DNA of 64,000 bases from a virus. Where the stretch lies: IMG/VR virus record IMGVR_UViG_3300046330_000229, positions 1 through 64,000 of that record. One strand, given 5' to 3'. Shown piece after piece: positions 51,920 to 61,077 of the stretch. The number at the start of each line of letters is the position of its first letter. Position 1 is the stretch's first letter. The position numbers were made by a program, and so were the translations under genes. The notes beneath the pieces were generated by a model. The model saw only the letters and a list, made by a program, of their open reading frames with translations. It ran no database searches and was not told the DNA's origin.

Positions 51920-51994
51920 AATATAACACAAAATGTAGCAATTGTCAAATAAAATCTTGACATTACGTTAAATCTATGTTAAAATGGATAAATT

Positions 51995-52591
51995 ATGGAG
52001 TTAAACCAAATGACAATACAATTACCAAGTCCGTATATATGGGTTACAGAGTTTAACGATCAAGCTGTTCAAAAGTTCTTTGACCAGTTTACACAAATGG
52101 AATCAGATCCTACCATTGAGGTCATCACCGTTGTGATAGATAGTTTTGGCGGACAAGCTTACTCTATGTTTGCTATGCGCGATTTAATCAAAACTAGTAA
52201 GAAGCCGGTTTCAACTGTAGCTCTAGGTAAGGCCATGAGCTGCGGGGCGTGGTTGTTAGCTGCCGGTACAAAAGGACTACGTTACATTTCACCTAGTACT
52301 CATGTCATGATTCACCAGATCTCTTCAGGTGCGGCTGGTAAACTAGAGGACATGAAAGTGGATTTAAATCACAGCACAGATTTGAGTGTGCAAGCTTTTA
52401 ATTTGTTAGCCAGTGATATTGGTATGCCGGTCAATAAACTTAAAGCTTTAGTTAAGGGTGAAACTAATTCCGATCTTTACTTAACACCTAAAGAGTGCTT
52501 GAAGATGAAGATTGTTGATTTTATAGATATACCTCGTATGGCATTTATTCCACCTATGCAAACATTAACCACTAATGTTAAGAGACGATAA
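51995..52591 (+). CDS. clpP: ClpP-like protease (cytoplasmic)
   Basis: IDSFGG, GKAMSCG (Ser), VMIHQ (His), DLYLTPKEC. Confidence 0.88.
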   Translation: MELNQMTIQLPSPYIWVTEFNDQAVQKFFDQFTQMESDPTIEVITVVIDSFGGQAYSMFAMRDLIKTSKKPVSTVALGKAMSCGAWLLAAGTKGLRYISPSTHVMIHQISSGAAGKLEDMKVDLNHSTDLSVQAFNLLASDIGMPVNKLKALVKGETNSDLYLTPKECLKMKIVDFIDIPRMAFIPPMQTLTTNVKRR

Positions 52592-53454
52592 TGGATAGAC
52601 CTTGGGTACATATTAAAAATACCCAAGATACATACCGAACTTTATACAGGCTTTTGTACTTGGGGTTTGATGTTGTTGTTGAGTATACGATGAAACATAA
52701 TAGCAAAGGACACCTTTTTAATTTTTATTGTAACTACCATTGTATTTCCGGCCGAGTTAGAATGGTTGCTAATGTTAAAGTTTACTCTGAGGATTTTGAT
52801 AGTTTTAATGAAGATGTATATAGTAGTTTTATAAGAAAAGAATCAGATAGACTCCATCCAGAAGGTGCGATAGTTTGTTAAATTTAAGGTACACCAGAAC
52901 TAATGAAAAACTCATACCTTGGTTGTTTAAACTAGGGTGCGATGATATACATTTACATTTTACTACACATACTATAAATTTTACTGTATGTTTACACATA
53001 CACGACACCGATTCTAGTATGATGTTTAAAGATACTTTTAGAGTAAAAAATCCGGATACGGCAGTTAGCGATGCTTTAAAGCACATGACAAGGATTTATA
53101 TATTTTTATCAATTGATGACATAAAATATTGCGATGAATAAATATATATCAATTACTTATCAAAACGAACATACAATTAACACAATCAGGCTGTTACATT
53201 ATGTAGGTATTGATAAAATTGAGCTATGCTTTTATATAAAAAATAGCAACACAAGAGTTTATATAGAAACTAGACGACTAACCTCGGAAATATATCCGTT
53301 TGGCTTTGAAGCTCACGGCGGCGAGCTTATTGGATGTCGGGGCACAGAAGTCGATTTTAAGAATTGTGCGTATGACACTATAACTAAAACTACCCGCATG
53401 TCTCCATCAAACTTCGACGAACTGGTTCAAACTGATCCGATTTTTCTTTTATAA
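52591..53454 (+). other. Three family C micro-paralog CDSs (52591, 52875, 53134)
   Basis: RLLYLGFDVV, WLFKLGCDDI, RLLHYVGIDKI. Confidence 0.6.
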
Positions 53455-53514
53455 TAAAATAAGTATTGACATATTAATTCTTTTATGTTAAACTGTATAC
53501 AACAAGGAGACAAT

Positions 53515-54501
53515 ATGAAATATATGTATATGATTCTAACTTTAGCTATTGCGGGATGTTCTGTGGAGCGTTCATTAGAGGCTACGGTAACAGCAGTTAA
53601 CGGTACGTCTTGTTCTGTGGCACCAGAATACGCCGTAGATGAAAGCGAAGAAGTTACTTCAACTTCATTAAAACAAATCGGAGCCAGAATTTCCTGTACA
53701 GACGGAAGTTACTCCATCGTTTTAAACGGAGAAAAGGGTGTTGACGGTATTCAAGGTGAAGCCGGACAAAGCTGTCAAGCTTCACGTAGCAGAGGATCTA
53801 ATCACGTAACCCTTCAATGTCCCAATCAGCGCCCATTACACATTTCTGATGGAGAAGATGGTACTAGTTGTTCTTCTGTAAGATTACGTAATTCGGTACA
53901 GATTAAATGCGGTAATCGTATTACTTATGTATACGATGGTGACGACGGGCACTCTGTTGTGACACAAACTCAACCAGCATCTACTAGAGAATGTCTAACA
54001 AGCGGTACGAGATTAGATTTATACATGGATCGAGACGACAGTTTATCAGTTACACGCTCGGATTCTTATTTAAGTTCTGTAATTACTTGTAACGGACTAA
54101 ACGGCCTTCAAGGTGTAGCTGGTCCCATTGGGCCGCAAGGATTGACTGGTTCTGTCGGCGCTACAGGGACAACTGGTGCTGTTGGACCTCAAGGTTTGAC
54201 TGGAACCGCTGGACCGGTTGGCCCTCAAGGTCCCATTGGACCACAGGGCATTCAAGGTCCTTCTGGTACAAACTCAGGAGCCACCATAACAAATTACGGA
54301 TCAAATTCGTGTACTAGGATTACTGGAACAAACAGTTATGTAAAACCGACTGGATCTAATAATATAGGATTATACACAACTTCTAATTGTGCGTCAAATT
54401 CTAAATTTGCTGAAGTATCTCAAGGTGAAGCGTATTGGGTGTCGTCTACGTCTTTAGGTACTTGGGTTGACGGTTGTTTACGAGTAATCACTTTTAACTA
54501 A
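53515..54501 (+). CDS. Collagen-like Cys-rich lipoprotein
   Basis: AAGGAG RBS before ATG 53515; lipobox IAGC; DG.SC repeats; about 20 Gly-X-Y triplets. Confidence 0.8.
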   Translation: MKYMYMILTLAIAGCSVERSLEATVTAVNGTSCSVAPEYAVDESEEVTSTSLKQIGARISCTDGSYSIVLNGEKGVDGIQGEAGQSCQASRSRGSNHVTLQCPNQRPLHISDGEDGTSCSSVRLRNSVQIKCGNRITYVYDGDDGHSVVTQTQPASTRECLTSGTRLDLYMDRDDSLSVTRSDSYLSSVITCNGLNGLQGVAGPIGPQGLTGSVGATGTTGAVGPQGLTGTAGPVGPQGPIGPQGIQGPSGTNSGATITNYGSNSCTRITGTNSYVKPTGSNNIGLYTTSNCASNSKFAEVSQGEAYWVSSTSLGTWVDGCLRVITFN

Positions 54502-54512
54502 TAGGGGTATAT

Positions 54513-55025
54513 ATGAATAAATATTTAATTACAACACTAACTTTAACAGCGGCAGCTTTAATCTTACTTGTGGGAGCAACCTCTTCAGCAGCTTCATGCG
54601 AATATGACCGAAAGATGGTAACAGAGCCAGTAGAATATTCGGTAAACAAAGGACTACCTTCACATTTAAAGGGAGCGACGATCACTATTACATTATCTGA
54701 CGGTAAAAGTTCAACGGTCTCGGCTGAAAAGTTTATGGTAGTACCGCGAGTACAACGTACAATAGTAGGTGAGAATAAGCTTATTATTGTTAAAAAAACA
54801 TGTCAAGATGATTTAAATAAGAACACCCTTATGATTGAAGGTCGTCACGACATTAAGAATGTTGTTACAGAGAAGCAAGGACTATCGGCACACACTTACG
54901 CTGAAAAAGAACTAATTCCTGGAATTGACTACTATCGTCGTCAGATTTTAGACACACCCATCGGCGCTGGAATCGGCATAGATACTAATGCTACACCTAA
55001 AGTGTTTTTAGGCATTGATTTCTAA
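54513..55025 (+). CDS. Exported hypothetical protein
   Basis: Signal peptide; C-terminal amphipathic strands ending in Phe. Confidence 0.55.
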   Translation: MNKYLITTLTLTAAALILLVGATSSAASCEYDRKMVTEPVEYSVNKGLPSHLKGATITITLSDGKSSTVSAEKFMVVPRVQRTIVGENKLIIVKKTCQDDLNKNTLMIEGRHDIKNVVTEKQGLSAHTYAEKELIPGIDYYRRQILDTPIGAGIGIDTNATPKVFLGIDF

Positions 55026-55030
55026 TATTT

Positions 55031-55098
55031 GCGGGAGTCATCAACAAATAGACTGAATATGTTGCGGAACACGTTCTCTAGATGGCTCTCGCTTTTTC
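55031..55098 (+). terminator. Long hairpin followed by T-tract (terminator or small RNA)
   Basis: GCGGGAGTCATC ... GATGGCTCTCGC TTTTT. Confidence 0.55.
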
Positions 55099-56201
55099 TT
55101 AAATATCACTTGACAATAGTGCGGTTTTGTGTTATCTTTAATTAACAAAGAGGAACTATGAAAAAATTAATGTACAACGTTGAGTTTGATCAGATGGGTA
55201 TTTTAATTAAACGACACGGCATGTGGTTAATTGACATAGGATTTGTTACAGGCAATAGAGCCTACACGCCTAAGTGGATTGAAATAGGGGTATTATGATT
55301 GTTGAATTATTGTTATTTTATATGTGCTTAGTAATGACAGGAGCACTTTCTATCTATCTGAGAAACAAAGCCCCTTCCCCCTGTAGTGAATGCGGAGACA
55401 CAGTAAAAACAACAGGTTACGACAATATTAATGGAACTACCATTAAAGTTAAAGTGTGTAGAAACTGCAAAAAGAGGCAATAATGAAATTTAAAGGCGTA
55501 TTGATTACTGACATTGACGGCACTAAATTAATTAGACAATACACAAAAGATGGCGAATTTATAGATTATAAGATTAATAACAGCAGTCTTATTATTGAAG
55601 TTAACGATAAGACCGCTACTACTAGAGTGGATGAAGACGGTCAGCATTGGATTGAAGAGTTAATATAAATAGTTCTTGACAATAGAGGTAGTTTAGTGTA
55701 TACTGATAATATGACTAATGATGATTTGTACTACATAGCTCGGCATCTTGTTGATAATATGGACACTTTGTTTTCTAACTACGTGGAAGCTAAAACACCC
55801 GTTGGAATAAAAGAGTACATTCAAGCACGGACTGCTACGGACTTAAACCACAAATATACTAGTCGTCAAATTCAAGAAGCTTTTGAAAGTACTAAAATAA
55901 AAACTCTAATGGAGTTCTACCTAATGGAAGATGATTATGACAAAAAGAATAGTATACATTAAAAACCAAGATGGATCTTTAAAATCCAAAGGTGAAATTA
56001 GAAACAAGTTTGGTCACGGTTTTGTTGTGGCTGTAATTTCTACAGGCAGAGCAGCAGTGATTACCAGTTCTGACAGCACTATTACACAGCTAACGCTTAC
56101 TGCTACTAGTTTCCATAAAATTAAAATCAAGATCAAAAAGACTCTAACCGAACTTGGTTGTGAGTTTGAGCCTGAAGTTAGAAAACCTAGAAAATAATGT
56201 T

Positions 56202-56395
56202 TGCGAGAGCCGTGTGGAAAGCTGTGGCGCGTGCGGACGAAAGTCTACGAACCACTAGAGACATACATACTTAGATTGAGCTAAGTAGCAATGGGTTTAC
56301 GTAACAACGGCTCGTAATACGTTGTTTATGAGTACAGGGTAAGAGGCTGTACACCTTTACTGCAAGTCATAGTAGCGTATGACCTCTCACTTTTT
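56202..56395 (+). ncRNA. Candidate structured RNA upstream of the RNR operon
   Basis: Closing GAGAG/CTCTC stem, at least five internal stems, terminal GTCATA-GTAGCG-TATGAC hairpin, T-tract. Confidence 0.65.
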
Positions 56396-56410
56396 TAAAC
56401 AAAGGACACC

Positions 56411-57364
56411 ATGTTAAGAGACACCAGAGAAGAATTTAGACCCTTTGAATATCCAGAATTTGAAGCAATACATACAAAACTTATGTCTGGATTTTGGCAC
56501 CCTTTTGAAATTACTTTAAGTGACGACGTGTCTGATTATAAAACTAAACTATCCAATGATGAACGTGAAATTATCAATAGAATTTTAAAGAATTTTGTTC
56601 AGGCAGAAATTCACATTTCTAATTTTTGGGGAGATCGAGTAGCTGAGAATTTTAAAAAGCCCGAAATACAAAATGTAGCTAGATATATTGCGGGCCAAGA
56701 AACCATTCACGCCGTAGGGTACGACTTATTAAACACAACGTTAGGACTTCAGGATTATGATAAATTAAAAGAAGACAAAGCGTTGTATGCTAGAATTGCA
56801 ATTTTAATCAATAAAAGAGCGAAGACAAACGACAACATACTGAAAGAACTATTTTTATACTCTGTAATGGGAGAAGGTGTTTCCCTTTTCAGCAGCTTTC
56901 TCACTATTTTTGCTTTTACTAAAAAGAACATGCTCAAAGGTGTAGGACAAATTGTAAGCTGGAGCACGTTAGACGAACAGGCTCATGCGGACGTAGGTTG
57001 TTTACTGTTCAATACATTTAAAAAAGAGTACAATTTATTTACCGCTGAAATGAAAGAAGAGTTGTACGCTTTATCTAAAGAAGTGGTTCAAATTGAATTG
57101 AATTTAGTTGACAGAGTGTTTGACGGAGTTACTACTGATGTCATCAATCCTACTCATATTAAAAATTATATTCACGATAAAGCTAATAAACAATTAAAAA
57201 AAGTAGGCCTTAATAAAACATTCAAAGTGGATAAAGAAATGTTGAAAGAAACTGAATTTTTTGATATAGTGATTAACGGAGCCTCTGTACAGGACTTTTT
57301 TTCTAGCAAAGAAACGAATTACTCTAAAGGAATTTTAACATTTAACGATGACACCTGGAAATAA
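56411..57364 (+). CDS. nrdB: Ribonucleotide reductase class I beta subunit
   Basis: FRPFEYP, FWHP.E, QAE, ETIHAVGY, EGVSLFSSF, DEQAH, DFF. Confidence 0.93.
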   Translation: MLRDTREEFRPFEYPEFEAIHTKLMSGFWHPFEITLSDDVSDYKTKLSNDEREIINRILKNFVQAEIHISNFWGDRVAENFKKPEIQNVARYIAGQETIHAVGYDLLNTTLGLQDYDKLKEDKALYARIAILINKRAKTNDNILKELFLYSVMGEGVSLFSSFLTIFAFTKKNMLKGVGQIVSWSTLDEQAHADVGCLLFNTFKKEYNLFTAEMKEELYALSKEVVQIELNLVDRVFDGVTTDVINPTHIKNYIHDKANKQLKKVGLNKTFKVDKEMLKETEFFDIVINGASVQDFFSSKETNYSKGILTFNDDTWK

Positions 57365-57365
57365 C

Positions 57366-59069
57366 ATGACACTACAAGAACTAAAAGATAAAGACTTGGC
57401 TCCTCAATTTATGACAGAAGAGTCATATAATACATTACGTAACGGTTATCTGTTAGATGAAGAAACTCCTCGCGATATGTACCAAAGAGTTGCTGACTTT
57501 TCAGCTAAGAACTATAAAAATCCAAAAGATTATGCGAAAGATTTCTTTGATGCTATGTGGAACAACTGGTTATGCGCAGCAACTCCGGTGTTAAGTAACG
57601 CAAACACAAAGAATTTACAAATATCCTGCTACTCAGGAACTTCAGCAAATAAAATGTCCGGTATAATGAATCATCTTAAAGAAGCAGCTATGCTTACAAA
57701 ATATGGTGGAGGTTGTGGTAGCAGCTTCGATTTATTAAAACCCGAAGGTGGAGACATAGTACCGTTCTTAAAGATGCTAGAGTCGGTTGTCGATGGAGTT
57801 AAGCAAGGAAAAGCTCGTCGAGGCGCGGTAGCAAGCTATTTAAATATTACACACGTAGACGCTGAACAATTCATCAATATTAGAAGTCAAACTGGAGACT
57901 TATCTAGAAAATGTCATTCAGTAGCATTTCATAACGCTATCACCATTGACGATCAGATTATGAATGAAATTACAACCAGTAGCGGAAAATATAGAAATAT
58001 GTGGAACCAGATAATGACACAGAGATCTGAAACTGGTGAACCTTACATCATGTTTACCGGTAATGCAAATAAAAATTGCCCAGATGAATATGAAGGAACT
58101 ATTACTCAAAGCAATTTATGTAGTGAGATTATGGCTCCAGTAAGTCCGGAAGAAACGTTTGTATGCTGCTTGTCTTCTTTAAACTTAGCCAGATATGACG
58201 AATGGAAGTCTCATAAGTTTTTAAATACAAGTCTATCTTTAGTTGAGTTGTCTATTTATTTCTTAGATAGTGTCATTACTAATTTTGTAAAGCAAACTGA
58301 AAATATGGAAGGTTTAGAAAATGCTCGACGTTTTGCCGAACGACACAGAATGTTAGGACTAGGGGTCCTTGGGTGGCATACGCTACTTCAGTCTAAATTA
58401 ATTCCTTTCGAGTCATTTCAAGCTATGCAATTAAATAATGAAGTGTTTAAAATGATTAGAGAACAAGCATATAAAGCTAGTGACGATTTAGCTATAATGT
58501 TCGAACCGTGCATCGTTAACGGTAAACGTCGCAATACAGCACTGTTAGCTATCGCACCAACTATGAGTAATAGTCTTATATCCGGCGGAGTGTCTCAAGG
58601 TATAGAACCTTTAACAGCTAATCTATTTAGCCAAAAAGCATCAAAAGGAACGTTCATCAAAAAGAACCGGCAGTTATTGGGTATTCTACAATCAAAAGGA
58701 TTAGACACTACTGAAGTATGGGAGCAGATAAATAAAGATCGCGGTAGTGTAAAAAACGTAAAACAATTGAGTGATGAAGAAAAGCAAGTATTTCTAACAG
58801 CGAGAGAGATTAATCAGTACGCTCTGGTACAACAAGCCTCACAACGTCAAAAATACATAGATCAGGCTCAAAGTCTTAATTTATTTTTTAGCACACCGAC
58901 TAACGCTACAGAAGGCAAACTTGTGGCTAAGTATATCAACGACGTACATTTAGAGGCGTGGCGGTCTGGCGTTAAAAGTCTGTATTACTTAAAAACCGAA
59001 AGCCCGCTCAAAGGTGACACCGTGTTTATTGATAAAGAAGATGGTAGCTGTAAAGCGTGTGAAGGTTGA
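57366..59069 (+). CDS. nrdA: Ribonucleotide reductase class I alpha subunit, no ATP cone
   Basis: ATPVLSN, ISCY, GGGCG, RRGA, TGEPY, SNLCSEI, VCCLSSLNL, AIAPT, KSLYY, C-terminal CKACEG; ATG 57366 preferred. Confidence 0.93.
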   Translation: MTLQELKDKDLAPQFMTEESYNTLRNGYLLDEETPRDMYQRVADFSAKNYKNPKDYAKDFFDAMWNNWLCAATPVLSNANTKNLQISCYSGTSANKMSGIMNHLKEAAMLTKYGGGCGSSFDLLKPEGGDIVPFLKMLESVVDGVKQGKARRGAVASYLNITHVDAEQFINIRSQTGDLSRKCHSVAFHNAITIDDQIMNEITTSSGKYRNMWNQIMTQRSETGEPYIMFTGNANKNCPDEYEGTITQSNLCSEIMAPVSPEETFVCCLSSLNLARYDEWKSHKFLNTSLSLVELSIYFLDSVITNFVKQTENMEGLENARRFAERHRMLGLGVLGWHTLLQSKLIPFESFQAMQLNNEVFKMIREQAYKASDDLAIMFEPCIVNGKRRNTALLAIAPTMSNSLISGGVSQGIEPLTANLFSQKASKGTFIKKNRQLLGILQSKGLDTTEVWEQINKDRGSVKNVKQLSDEEKQVFLTAREINQYALVQQASQRQKYIDQAQSLNLFFSTPTNATEGKLVAKYINDVHLEAWRSGVKSLYYLKTESPLKGDTVFIDKEDGSCKACEG

Positions 59070-59305
59070 TGAAAATATCTGTTGACTTTATTTAAATTGT
59101 GTGTAATACTCTATAAAAGAGGTAAATATGCAATATGCTAGATACAATACATACAATCTATTAGAGTCTCAATATGGTATTAAGATTACCAAAAGACGAT
59201 ATATCAAAGATAAGAGTTTGATAGTAGCGTTCTTTTTTAATACAAAAAGTTACGTTTTTACATTTAACGCTTGACAATAACCCGAACATGTGATATGGTA
59301 TATAA

Positions 59306-59989
59306 ATGAAGTTATTTTTATTATTATTAATGACCCCTATGGTGTGTTTTACTCAAGCACAGTATGAACTTGTGTATAATAAAAAAGCATCTATCAGATT
59401 AGCTGTTCTAGATAGTGGCGTGGATCATAATTACTTATCGGGTGTAAAGTTGTGCGATAATCCTTTTCAAGATATGACGGGATCAGGCATTCGGGATGAA
59501 TTTGGTCACGGATCTAATATTCTAAAGTTAGCAACTAAAGATTTAGAAAATGTAGATTATTGTGTTACAATTATAAAGATTTTTACAAAGTCTACCGACA
59601 ACAGTATTTATTCCATCATAAAAGGTTTAATATACGCTAGAAATAATAATTTTACAGTAGCCAACCTTTCTTTTGGTGGTGTAAATAGCGAAATTGATTT
59701 AGAAAAACAGTTGATAACAGAAATGCTAGACTTAGGTGTTAAACTATTTGTAGCCGCCGGTAATGAGCGTACTAACTTAAGTAAAACGCATTGTAACTAC
59801 TTTCCAGCATGTTATGACGATCGAATTATTTCCGTAGGAAGCACAACCGGAACATACAGTAATTACGGTCCTTATATAAAAGCATGGAACGACGGAACTG
59901 ACATCACAGCCGGCGGTCATAAAATGAGCGGAACTTCACAGGCAACGGCTATAGAGACAAATAAGTTTCTTAAGTCGTTTGGGAGATAG
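59306..59989 (+). CDS. Secreted subtilisin-like (S8) serine protease, minimal
   Basis: AVLDSG (Asp), GHGS (His), NLSFGG, AAGN, SGTSQAT (Ser); signal peptide. Confidence 0.88.
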   Translation: MKLFLLLLMTPMVCFTQAQYELVYNKKASIRLAVLDSGVDHNYLSGVKLCDNPFQDMTGSGIRDEFGHGSNILKLATKDLENVDYCVTIIKIFTKSTDNSIYSIIKGLIYARNNNFTVANLSFGGVNSEIDLEKQLITEMLDLGVKLFVAAGNERTNLSKTHCNYFPACYDDRIISVGSTTGTYSNYGPYIKAWNDGTDITAGGHKMSGTSQATAIETNKFLKSFGR

Positions 59990-59991
59990 TC

Positions 59992-61077
59992 ATGAGAATG
60001 AGTCACAGTTCCCGTGGTAAATATGCAACGTGTCCATATTCTTACTATTTACACTATATTAAAAAAATTCGTCCAAACTGGACATCTTCAGCACTTCTGT
60101 TTGGCGATGCTTTAGATAAAGCTATTAATGAACTACTTTTAAAAACAGACAACCTTCCCTATGAAACATTCTTGAAAGGATGGACTAATGGATTTATCAA
60201 CAAAAAGCCCGTCTATCTACCAACGAGCGAAAGCCTTTTATACGCAAATAAAGATTACAATTCTAACTTACTTACAAAAGACGATTACGACGAAATTGAT
60301 AAAAGAGTTAAGAGCGGAGAACTTGAGGATCATGAATACGGAGAACTTGTTGACAGAAAAAAACAATTCGGTTGGGAAAAGTTAAGCACCCAACAAAAAC
60401 GTTACTTTAATTTTGTAAATTGGCTGTGTATGAAAAACAAAGCAAAATACATATTAGAAGGTTATGAAAAACAGATTCTACCGAAACTAACAAAGATCCA
60501 TGCTGTACAAAAAGAGTTTAACGTTGACAATGGTCAAGGTGACTCATTAACTGGATTTATAGATCTTATAGCTGACGTAGAAGGTCATGGAACGGTAATA
60601 CTAGACAACAAATCATCGGCGCGGCTGTATGACTGGGATTCGCCTAGCAAAAGCCCGCAGCTAGCCTTATATGAGCACATTGAAGGATCAACATACCAAA
60701 CGTCTAAGGTCGGCTTCATCGTAATGTTGAAGCAATTAAAAGACAATAAACAGAAGACGTGCAAATCGTGCGGTCATGTAGGACAAGGTACGCATAAAAC
60801 TTGCGATAACGTAGTCAATACAAAACGATGCGGCGGCGAGTGGGATGAAGTTATTAAACTAGAAGCTGACTTTCAGTTCTTAGTTCAAGAAGTAGATAAA
60901 TCTTTTGGTAATATGACTATGGAAAGTATGGACGAAACGGCACAAGCAATTAACGCTAATATTTTTCCTAAAAACTTAAGCAGTTGTTACGATTCTTTTG
61001 GATCAGACTGTATCTATCTAAAGTATTGCTTATCTTCGTGTAAAAATAAAACAGGATTAACAGAGGAAACAGAATGA
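59992..61077 (+). CDS. PD-(D/E)XK exonuclease (Cas4/RecB-like) with zinc-ribbon insertion
   Basis: SHS...CP, GFIDL, ILDNKS, QLALY, C-terminal Cys cluster; CKSC...TCD...RCGG insertion. Confidence 0.8.
   Translation: MRMSHSSRGKYATCPYSYYLHYIKKIRPNWTSSALLFGDALDKAINELLLKTDNLPYETFLKGWTNGFINKKPVYLPTSESLLYANKDYNSNLLTKDDYDEIDKRVKSGELEDHEYGELVDRKKQFGWEKLSTQQKRYFNFVNWLCMKNKAKYILEGYEKQILPKLTKIHAVQKEFNVDNGQGDSLTGFIDLIADVEGHGTVILDNKSSARLYDWDSPSKSPQLALYEHIEGSTYQTSKVGFIVMLKQLKDNKQKTCKSCGHVGQGTHKTCDNVVNTKRCGGEWDEVIKLEADFQFLVQEVDKSFGNMTMESMDETAQAINANIFPKNLSSCYDSFGSDCIYLKYCLSSCKNKTGLTEETE

Noticed and set aside
54090-54270. GGN-rich tandem DNA repeats
   Set aside because: Explained by collagen Gly-X-Y coding, not an independent repeat element
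59992-61077. Cas4-like nuclease as evidence of a CRISPR system
   Set aside because: No repeat-spacer array or other cas genes seen; its position near ERF fits a recombination exonuclease
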